From: Octopus vulgaris
Taxonomy: Eukaryota
Reading direction: 5' to 3'
Length of the DNA stretch: 64,000 nucleotides
NCBI GenBank assembly: GCA_951406725.2
Contig: OX597817.1
Coordinates: forward strand, 58,404,001-58,468,000
The stretch's first letter is position 1, and the number at the start of each line of letters is the position of its first letter. Of this stretch, positions 52,712 to 64,000 are shown piece after piece. The position numbers and the translations under genes were made by a program. The notes below the pieces were generated by a model. That model was not told the origin of the DNA, made no database searches, and saw nothing but the letters and a program-made list of their open reading frames with translations.

Positions 52712-55708
52712 TCATGGAGGCTTTCTAGCAACTGCTATTTGGTGCATGAGAGAGTTCGATGCAGCTGCCCTCATCTGCCCCTCCTGCCGTGAAGTTGGTT
52801 CATCTGGGACACCTGACAGGAAGAGATCCAGCTTCATTTTAAAGACATCTGTATCCACCCCATGCAGGTCTCTCAGGTTCTTCGGGAGGATATTGAAGAG
52901 CTGTGGGCCTCGGAAGCCCAGGCTATCACAGAATCTTGTCCTACATCTTGATGGCAGGTTTGGAGTCCTAGGCACCACGCAGTGGCGCCCAGTTCTGGCA
53001 TTTGCGTAACTCTCGATGCCAAAGTTCAGGACACTTCCCTCCAGGATCTTCCAGATGTATATTATGGCATATCTTTCCCGCCTACGCTCCAGGGAATATA
53101 ATTTTAATCTCTTGAGTCTTTCCCAGTAGCTTACATTCTGCATAGAGGCTATCTTCTTTGTGTAGCTTCGTTGGATCGCCTCAAGTTCTGTGATCAACTT
53201 GACACTGGATGGTGACCATAGCTGAGAGCAATAGTCAAAGTGGCTTAGGACAAGTGTCTTCCAGAGGACCATCATGGTTTCTTGTTCTCTTGTTCTAAAG
53301 GTTCTAAGAATCCATCCAGCCAGCCGTCTACATTTCATTGTCAGTTTAGCAACATGTACATGAAAGGTCGCGTCATCACTCATGTGAATACCCAGGTCAC
53401 GCACTGATTGTGCCTCTGGGATTGCAATCCCTCCGGGTCCAGTGTATTCATTGGGTATTGCATTCAGTTTTGCATGCTGATAGTATAAAGCTTGAAACTT
53501 TCCAGCATTGAACTGCATGCTATTCTTTTCAGCCCACTTGTATATTTCGTCCAGCTCACATTGCAGGTGTTTAGTGTCCTCAGGGTTCTGTATTGCCTGT
53601 GAAACTTTTGTATCATCTGCATAACTTGTGATCGTGGCTCTCTGCGTGGCTGAGGGCATGTCTGAGAGGGCCATTATGAACAGTAGTGGTCCCAGAACAG
53701 TGCCCTGCGGAACACCGCTCACTATTTGTGTGTTAATGGAGGTGGCCCCATTGGCTACTACCACCTGACTTCTATCCTTCAGAAAGTCATGAAGCCATTC
53801 TCCCAGTTTTCCAACTATGTTGAGATCACGCAGTTTGTGACATATCATTCCATGATCGACTTTATCAAAGGCCTTTGCAAAGTCGAGATATATCACTTCC
53901 ACATTTGAGTGGTTGAGCAGCCGTTTCAGCACCCAGTCATAGTGTTGTAGGAGCTGAGTTAAACAGCTTCTCCCTGGTCGGAAACCATGTTGGGTGTCGG
54001 GCAGCAAGTCATTCTCTTCAAGGAAGGTGATCAGCTTCCTTCTGACTATTCGTTCCATGACCTTGCTGATGTGTGAGGTCAGAGAGATAGGTCTATAGTT
54101 CTTGGCTTCCGCTCTGCTACCTCCTTTATGAATGGGGCATATTTTACCTTCCTTCAGTTTTCCTGGAAGTTTGCCAGCTGCAAGGAAGCTCTGAAAGAGG
54201 AACTGCAGTGGTCTTGCTAGGACTCTCTTACATGCTTTTAGGAGGATTGCCGGGAATCCATCGGGGCCAGTAGCTGAGTCTGTTTTCATTTCATCTATAG
54301 CCTTGGTTACATCGTCTTCCTTTATATCGATGTAATCTATCGTCGCCGCCTCTGATTTTATATCTGCAGTGGTAAAAAAGTCAGTTGGATTGGTGATTTG
54401 GAGATGCCCAAGGGGTGGAGTGAAAACACTCTTGAATTGCTCATTCAGTATTTCACTTACCCTCATTGGTTTTCCTGTAAGTGTGCCATCCTTTTCGAGG
54501 AGTGGCCCTATTCTACAGTGCACTGTAGCTGTTTCTTTGGCATACCTGTAGAAAGCTCTGGGGTTAGATTTTATGTTTTCTATAGCCCAGGCTTCTTTGT
54601 CTGCTCTTTCTTTTTCATGGGAGAGTTGCAGACATTTTTCGATTTCCAACAGTTTTATTTTTAGGCGGGACTTTTCACTGCTTTCAATCTGTTTGTTTAG
54701 GCGATTTGAAAATTTCGTACGCCGTCTCATTAAAATTTTCCTCTCTCTGGGGATTTTGTTCTTGTGTACAGTGGCCTTTCTCTCTGGGACACATTTGTAG
54801 CATATGGCTTGCATTACAGACATGAATTGTTGAAGTTTCACGTCGATGTCTGGCGAGGAGAGACATTCAGGCCAGTTTTGTTTGAGGATCTCTTTCTCAA
54901 TTTGTTTCCAGTTTGCCTTATGGTAGTTCAAGCTGGAAAGATTTTGAGGGTTTCTTGTAGGCTGCATGTCCGTGCTCTCTTTTGGCCCGTACATGGTCAG
55001 CTCTATCATGTTGTGATCCGAGAGTAGTGTCGGTGTCACTTTCACATTATGGATGAGATCCATGTCATTTGTGAAGCAGAGATCCAGTGTGTTACCTGCC
55101 CTGGTTGGTTGGAGTATTACCTGCTCCATGTACAGGGTGTTGATGAGGTTCAGGAGGGACCTCGCCTGTCCTCGTTCACATCTTGTCATTCCTGGGAGAG
55201 AAAGGCCCTCGGGCCATCTGACATTGGGCAGATTGAAGTCTCCCATAAGAAGCACACCTATGTGTTGTTCTAATGTGGTTAGAATTTCTTCTATTTTTAT
55301 AAGGCAGTCTTCGAACTTGCCCACATGGCTTGGGGCATCTGGAGGGCGATATGTAGCACACACAACTACATCAAGTTGCCTAATATGTACAATTAGTGTG
55401 TCACACACCGAGTTTGAGTATGACAAGAGGACCTGGGGTGTGAGGTCCTCACGGATGTACATAGCAACACCTCCATGACTCCTTTCTTTCCTGTCGGTCC
55501 GTAGTACAGCATACTGTGGTATGTGTAACTCCGCATCTGCTATGTCCGGTTTCAGGTGCGTTTCTGTAAGTGCTATGCATAAGGCTTGATTGCATGCAAC
55601 AAAGTCTCTCAGGAACGGGATCTTTGTCCTGTTACTGAGTGTTTGCAGTCCTCTGATGTTCAGTAGGAGTATCGAGGTGAGGTGTACGTTGTTGCCGGCG
55701 GTGTCCAT
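52712..55708 (-). CDS. LINE ORF2: AP endonuclease plus reverse transcriptase, intact (998 aa from the first ATG)
   Basis: LNIRGL, LTETHL, YRPP, GDFN, LDL, SDH; [27 protein letters not shown]. The track start at 55816 is a GTG; the first ATG is at 55708. Confidence 0.95.
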   Translation of the reverse strand: MDTAGNNVHLTSILLLNIRGLQTLSNRTKIPFLRDFVACNQALCIALTETHLKPDIADAELHIPQYAVLRTDRKERSHGGVAMYIREDLTPQVLLSYSNSVCDTLIVHIRQLDVVVCATYRPPDAPSHVGKFEDCLIKIEEILTTLEQHIGVLLMGDFNLPNVRWPEGLSLPGMTRCERGQARSLLNLINTLYMEQVILQPTRAGNTLDLCFTNDMDLIHNVKVTPTLLSDHNMIELTMYGPKESTDMQPTRNPQNLSSLNYHKANWKQIEKEILKQNWPECLSSPDIDVKLQQFMSVMQAICYKCVPERKATVHKNKIPRERKILMRRRTKFSNRLNKQIESSEKSRLKIKLLEIEKCLQLSHEKERADKEAWAIENIKSNPRAFYRYAKETATVHCRIGPLLEKDGTLTGKPMRVSEILNEQFKSVFTPPLGHLQITNPTDFFTTADIKSEAATIDYIDIKEDDVTKAIDEMKTDSATGPDGFPAILLKACKRVLARPLQFLFQSFLAAGKLPGKLKEGKICPIHKGGSRAEAKNYRPISLTSHISKVMERIVRRKLITFLEENDLLPDTQHGFRPGRSCLTQLLQHYDWVLKRLLNHSNVEVIYLDFAKAFDKVDHGMICHKLRDLNIVGKLGEWLHDFLKDRSQVVVANGATSINTQIVSGVPQGTVLGPLLFIMALSDMPSATQRATITSYADDTKVSQAIQNPEDTKHLQCELDEIYKWAEKNSMQFNAGKFQALYYQHAKLNAIPNEYTGPGGIAIPEAQSVRDLGIHMSDDATFHVHVAKLTMKCRRLAGWILRTFRTREQETMMVLWKTLVLSHFDYCSQLWSPSSVKLITELEAIQRSYTKKIASMQNVSYWERLKRLKLYSLERRRERYAIIYIWKILEGSVLNFGIESYANARTGRHCVVPRTPNLPSRCRTRFCDSLGFRGPQLFNILPKNLRDLHGVDTDVFKMKLDLFLSGVPDEPTSRQEGQMRAAASNSLMHQIAVARKPP

Positions 55709-56571
55709 CCTGTGTCTGTTTGCTGTGGTGGTCTGGTATATAGTGGGTAGTCCCACCTGCGGGCTTGGGTTTGATGAAGCCAGGTCAGCTGCTGTACAAT
55801 CTTTTGTGCCATGCACAAAAAAGATTGTTGCTCAGCAGCTGCTCTTTCGACAACATCATGTTGGCTGTTTGTGGCGCGCACAACATCTGCGTACCTCCGC
55901 TTTGGGGCAGGTGGTGCGTAGTCCATCCCTTTTCTTTGTGTTGATGGTTTGTCCATCTGCCTCGTGTCTCTGTGGCAGGGTCCCCGATGTGCAAAGCGGC
56001 AGCCTGCACCTTCCTTTCCGTGCCAGCAGGAACCTCTCAGGTAGAACATACACACCCGTGTGCGCTGTTTGGTTCCATCCTTTGCGGTTCCACTTCTACT
56101 CCTGGTTGTTTCACTCTTTGGTCCTGCTTGAGCTTTTTCTTTTCCTTTAGCTCTTCCAGTCCTTCTTTTAGTTCTTCTTCCTCCCTCTACCTCTTCACCG
56201 GGTTCTCCGTCTCCATGGCCCTTGCTGCCGGTTGGAGAACTTGCACCTGGGTTCACTTCCCGGGCAGGTTTCTCATTCAAAACCTCCTCCTGGGCGTCCA
56301 CCAGGTGGGGGTGACTTCTTTCATCGTCTCCATTCTTGCCATCTTTGCCCCGCTCGTTCTCAAAGATGGCATCAAGTGCGCCAATGTGCGACCGTACAAG
56401 CGCATATGAGCGCACGAATTCCTGTCTCTTTCGCTCCATCTGAGCCGCTGTCCTCTTGTAGCCTCTGCTCTTCAGCGCAGCCGCAATCACCTCGCTAGGG
56501 CTATCTCCGCCGGCGCACTCCCATGCTCGTACGAATAAATCCAGCTCGTCACGTCTCCATGCTCTGGACAT
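55660..56571 (-). CDS. LINE ORF1, 303 aa: Myb/SANT (trihelix)-like N-terminus, basic linker, CCCH zinc finger
   Basis: WRRDELDLFVRAW..IAAALKSRGYKRTAAQMERK..F..Y; CMFYLRGSCWHGKEGAGCRFAH (C-x7-C-x8-C-x3-H). Confidence 0.8.
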   Translation of the reverse strand: MSRAWRRDELDLFVRAWECAGGDSPSEVIAAALKSRGYKRTAAQMERKRQEFVRSYALVRSHIGALDAIFENERGKDGKNGDDERSHPHLVDAQEEVLNEKPAREVNPGASSPTGSKGHGDGEPGEEVEGGRRTKRRTGRAKGKEKAQAGPKSETTRSRSGTAKDGTKQRTRVCMFYLRGSCWHGKEGAGCRFAHRGPCHRDTRQMDKPSTQRKGMDYAPPAPKRRYADVVRATNSQHDVVERAAAEQQSFLCMAQKIVQQLTWLHQTQARRWDYPLYTRPPQQTDTGWTPPATTYTSPRYSY

Positions 56572-56619
56572 GCTGGATAATCCGTCTATCCGTTTATCTA
56601 TCTAATTATGTTCGAGAGA

Positions 56620-57780
56620 AGACAGGAAGATATTAAGGCTAATTAGAAGATAGAGTACTTGAAAAAGAAATATTAACAATATTAACGTTTGTGTAAAAAC
56701 GTTATTTGGGTAAAAACGTTATTTAATCTTAAGGCTAATTAGGAGATAGAGTATCTGAAAATATATTAGCAATATTAATATTATATTAGAGTGTGGGTAA
56801 AAAAACGTTATTTAATCTTAAGGCTAATTTGGAGATAGAGTATCTGAAAATATATTAGCAATATTAATATTAAGGCTAATTAGAAGACAGAGTATCTGAA
56901 AAATTATATATACAATATTAAGCAATATTAACCGTTATTTAATTTAATCTTAAGGCTAATTAGACGTTATTAATATTAAACGTTATTTAATTTAATCTTA
57001 AGGCTAATTAGAAGATAGAGTATCTGAAAATATATTAGCAATATTAATATTATATTAGAGTGTGGATAAAAACGTTATTTAATCTTAAGGCTAATCAGGA
57101 GATAGAGTATCTGAAAATATATTAGCAATGTTAATATTATATTAGAGTGTGGGTAATATTAAACGTTATTTAATTTAATCTTAAGGCTAATTAGAAGATA
57201 GAGTATCTGAAGAAGTATTAACAATATTAAAACAATATTAAATGTTATTTAATTTAATCTTAAGGCTAATTAACAATAATTATTAACAATATTAAACAAT
57301 ATTAAACGTTATTTAATTTAATCCTAAGGCTAATTAACAATAATTATTAACAATATTAGACAATATTAAACGTTATTTAATTTAATCTTAAGGCTAATTA
57401 ACAGTAATTATTAACAATATTAAACAATATTAAACGTTATTTAATTTAATCCTAAGGCTAATTAACAATAATTATTAACAATATTAAACGTTATTTAATT
57501 TAATCCTAAGGCTAATTAGACGTTATTAATATTAAACGTTATTTAATTTAATCTTAAGGCTAATTAGAAGATAGAGTATCTGAAAAATTATTAACAATAT
57601 TAAAACAATATTAAACGTTATTTAATTTAATCTTAAGGCTAATTAACAATAATTATTAACAATATTAAACTATATTAAACGTTATTTAATTTAATCCTAA
57701 GGCTAATTTGACGGTATCAATATTAAACGTTATTTAATTTAATCTTAAGGCTAATTAGAAGATAGAGTATCTGGAAAATT
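56620..57780. repeat. AT-rich modular tandem array immediately upstream of ORF1
   Basis: About 17 copies of AAGGCTAAT, mostly as AAACGTTATTTAAT(TTAAT)CTTAAGGCTAATT, alternating with AGAAGATAGAGTATCTGAA or AACAATAATTATTAACAATATT modules. Confidence 0.9.
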
Positions 57781-58577
57781 ATTATATCGAGAACAGTTAT
57801 TGAAAATGTAAACAAACCAAATGACGATCGCAACTTTAACTAAGATGTGGGCCTAAGTGAAAGATAAAATAGAATAATAAATAAAATATGAAATAGATGA
57901 AATTGATACTTAATCCAACAATGTGGTCTGGATAATTTTTTTGGTTTACGGGATTTTTTTCGGGAGAGATGCTTCTTTTTTCTTTCTTGCAGGAGATAAC
58001 TTGATTCAGTTATTTTTGCACCATGTGCGTTTCGGCGAAAATGAAAATTACTGTGTATATGTATATATTTATATATATATTTTTAAAAATATTTTTAACC
58101 AAAGTGTTGTAGTGATCTCTATGACTTAGAGTTTTACGTTTTGCAACTACAGTGGGTTATTTCGCCGTTCTATGCAGACTTTTTCACAGAGCAAAGGCAA
58201 TCACGTCTTTCTCTGCTGAAAACGGAACCATATATATCATATATATACATATATATATATATACGTATATATACATATATATATATATACATACATATAC
58301 ATATATATACATATATATATATACATATACATATATATACATATACATATATATATATACATATATATACATATACATATATATATACATATATATACAT
58401 ATACATATATATATATACATATATATACATATACATATATATATATATAATATATATACATATACATATATATATATACATATATATACATATACATATA
58501 TATACATATATATATATACATATATATACATATATATACATATACATATATACATATACATATATATACATATACAT

Positions 58578-58611
<34 letters not shown>

Positions 58612-58799
58612 ACATATATATATATACATATATATATACATATATATACATATATATATACATATATATACATATATATATATACATATATATACATATA
58701 TATATACATATATATACATATATATATACATATATATACATATATATACATATATACATATATATACATATATATATATATACATATATACATATATAC

Positions 58800-58830
<31 letters not shown>

Positions 58831-59021
58831 CATATACATATATATACATATACATATATATACATATACATATATATATATATACATATATATATACATA
58901 TATACATATATATATATACATATATATATATACATATATATATATACATACATATATATATACATATATATATATATATACATATATATATACATATATA
59001 TATACATACATATATATATAC

Positions 59022-59076
<55 letters not shown>

Positions 59077-59197
59077 CATATATATATATATACATATATA
59101 TATACATATATATATATACATATATATATATACATATATATATATATACATATATATATACATATATATATATATACATATATACATATATATATGT

Positions 59198-60533
<1,336 letters not shown>

Positions 60534-60545
60534 TATATATATATT

Positions 60546-60901
<356 letters not shown>

Positions 60902-60940
60902 CATATATATATACATATATATATATACATATATATATAC

Positions 60941-61011
<71 letters not shown>

Positions 61012-61030
61012 CATATATATATTTACATAT

Positions 61031-61072
<42 letters not shown>

Positions 61073-61076
61073 TATA

Positions 61077-61185
<109 letters not shown>

Positions 61186-61790
61186 TCACCACAGTGAATA
61201 TAATAACGAATTATATAAATTTATATATGAGGATAATATCGATATTTAAATGTCGAAATTATCAAGTGGCCAGCATGAAAGAAATGTCGATATTATCCTC
61301 ATATATAAATTTATATAATTCGTTATTATATTCACTGCGGTGCTTATTTTAACCATATCGTACTTATGCGGTGATTTGGCGGGCGATTCAAACTGGCTGT
61401 GTCCATACGTATGTATGTGCGACGCTCGTATATGTAAGTATATCGTTTGCTGTGCATATATGTATCTGTATTTATGTACCCTTGATATATTCAATTTATG
61501 ACGGTAAAGCTTATCTAAAGCAGAACCAGAAATCCTTGGATCTTGAATTATTCAATAATTTTTGCTTGTATGTTTTGTCCCTCCGCTTTACCTCATGGTG
61601 CGATATGAACATTTAACGTGGTTTTATAGTCAGAGTTTCGACTGCTATTTCGGCGTGTTGGTGTCTTTTAGACACCCTCATTTTTAATTGTTAAAAATGT
61701 TCTTACCTTTGTAAGGTATTTCTTTCATGCTGGCCACTTGATAATTTCGACACTTAAATATCGATATAATCCTCATATATAAATTTATAC
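61186..61790. mobile_element. Penelope-like remnant with an inverted terminal segment
   Basis: ~56-bp inverted arms at 61187-61241 and 61286-61342; spacer is the reverse complement of 61720-61760; direct repeat at 61286 and 61760. Confidence 0.65.
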
Positions 61791-61791
61791 A

Positions 61792-61868
<77 letters not shown>

Positions 61869-61928
61869 ACATATATATATATATATATACATATATATAT
61901 ACATATATATATACATATATATATATAC

Positions 61929-61961
<33 letters not shown>

Positions 61962-62000
61962 CATATATATATACATATATATATACATATATATATACAC

Positions 62001-62043
<43 letters not shown>

Positions 62044-62061
62044 TATATACATATATATATA

Positions 62062-62095
<34 letters not shown>

Positions 62096-62114
62096 TATAT
62101 ACACATATATATAT

Positions 62115-62179
<65 letters not shown>

Positions 62180-62382
62180 TACATATATATATACATATAT
62201 ACATATATATATATATATACATACATATATATATACATATATATATACATATATATACATATACATATATATACATATACATATATATACATATACATAT
62301 ATATACATATATATATACATATATATATATACATATATATATATACATATATATACATATATATATATACATATATATATAC

Positions 62383-62413
<31 letters not shown>

Positions 62414-62414
62414 C

Positions 62415-62632
62415 ATATAATATAATATTATTAGAGACAAAACCACTATTTTGCAAAACAAACAAGGACTTTTTATTAAAATTTTATGTATTGATTAAGT
62501 CTTTCCTTGCTTGTTTTGCAAAATAGTGGTTTTGTCTCTAATAATATTATATAATATTTTACTATAAAATTGGATTTAATCCTAAATCTGATTTTTTCCC
62601 TGTAAATTTGGATTTATTCCCTAATATTTATT
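62415..62632. repeat. Fold-back element with ~42-bp near-perfect arms
   Basis: ATATAATATTATTAGAGACAAAACCACTATTTTGCAAAACAA and its reverse complement ending near 62551. Confidence 0.85.
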
Positions 62633-62652
62633 ATATATACATATATATATAC

Positions 62653-62687
<35 letters not shown>

Positions 62688-62736
62688 CATATATATATAC
62701 ATATATATATATACATATATATACATATATATATAC

Positions 62737-62767
<31 letters not shown>

Positions 62768-62805
62768 CATATATATATACATATATATATATACATATAT
62801 ATACA

Positions 62806-62841
<36 letters not shown>

Positions 62842-62867
62842 CATATATATACATATATATATATATA

Positions 62868-64000
62868 AATCCTTAAATCCTTAAAAATGTTTTAGCCCGA
62901 AGGCCGCGGCCATGCTGGGGCACCACCGCTGATTGAGCTACACTAGTTTGTGAATCCACCTCTGATACGTGGCACTTGATCAACAAGGGAGTTCGATGCT
63001 GCTTCCCGCATCCGTGTCTCCTGTCGTGAGGTAGGTTCATCTGGGACTCCCAACAAGAAGAGATCCAGTTTAGTTTTAAAGAAACCCACATCCACACCAT
63101 GTAAGTCTCTCAGGCATTTAGGGAGGATGTTAAAGAGCTGTGGTCCTCTGAAACCCAAGCTGTTGCAGTATCTGGACCTGTATTTTGATGGTGATGTTGG
63201 AATCCTTGGCACCACGCAGCGGCGCCCCGTTCTGCGGTTGGAGTAACTTTGAATGCCAAAGTTTGGGACAAGACCCTCCAGGATTTTCCAGATGTATATC
63301 ACTGCATATCTCTCCCGCCTCCGCTCCAGGGAGAAGAGGTTTAATACCTTCAGTCTTTCCCAGTAGCTGACATTTTGCATTGAGACGATTTTCTTTGTGT
63401 AGCTTCTCTGTGTTGCTTCGAGTTCTGCTGTTTGTTTTATATTGTGTGGTGACCAAAGTTGGGAGCAGTAGTCCAAGCGGCTGAGGACAAATGTTTTCCA
63501 TAGGACCATCAGTGTCTCCTTCTCTCTTGTTCTGAAAGTTCGGAGAATCCATCCAGCTAGCCGTCTGCATTTTATCACCAGATTAGCAATATGCATTTGG
63601 AAAGATGCATCATTGCTCATGTCAATGCCCAGGTCACGCACTGATTTTGACTCAGGGATTGCAATTCTTCCTGGGCCAGTGTATCCAGTCTTCACGTCAT
63701 TTACCTTTGTGTGCCAGTAGCGCAGGGCCTGGAATTTACCTGCATTAAACTGCATGTTGTTGTCCTCAGCCCACCTGTATATTGTGTCCAGCTCATGTTG
63801 CAGATGCGCAATATTTTCAGGGTTTTGTATTGCGTGGGAGACTTTTGTGTCATCTGCATAGCTAGCAAGGGTGGTCATCGTAGCAACTGAAGGCATGTCT
63901 GAAAGGGCCACTATGAACATCAGTGGCCCCAAGACAGTGCCCTGTGGGACACCGCTTGTTATTTGCGTTTCCCTGGAGGTGGCTCCATTGCTCACAACTG
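62868..64000 (-). mobile_element. CR1-group LINE, subfamily C; ORF2 open to the window edge
   Basis: 350-aa ORF with [19 protein letters not shown]; (TTTAAGGA)n tail abutting a TA array. Confidence 0.95.

Larger units (their letters stand above)
52624..57860 (-). mobile_element. Apparently full-length CR1-group LINE, family A (5' boundary uncertain, 57780-58230)
   Basis: Tandem-repeat upstream region, ORF1, overlapping ORF2, short structured 3' UTR, (ATCA)n tail. Confidence 0.9.

Noticed and set aside
56620-57780. CRISPR-like repeat-spacer appearance
   Set aside because: Spacers are themselves repeated modules, the context is eukaryotic and there are no cas genes

Overview
Eukaryotic, very microsatellite-rich DNA, most likely from an octopus/coleoid cephalopod; this is inferred from the SINE families and the (TA)n/(CA)n/(TATG)n load and was not database-checked. 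Most short ORFs in the track are microsatellite artefacts ([12 protein letters not shown]). The left half (1-39 kb) holds one real host gene that the ORF track misses: a 3-exon secreted beta-microseminoprotein (PSP94/MSMB-like) gene of 129 aa with a signal peptide and 10 Cys (10170-24303, +). It lies among SINEs, Helitron-type elements, MITEs, fold-back (Penelope-like) remnants and LINE fragments. The right part (39-64 kb) is a nest of non-LTR retrotransposons separated by (TA)n arrays: six CR1-group copies, one near full-length RTE and two fold-back remnants. One CR1-group copy looks complete and intact. It has an APE-RT ORF2, an unusual ORF1 (Myb/SANT-like plus CCCH zinc finger), a ~1.1 kb modular tandem-repeat region upstream and a two-hairpin 3' end. 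The abundant local CORE-type SINE shares that 3' end, with compensatory changes. All family and domain names were assigned by eye from motifs.
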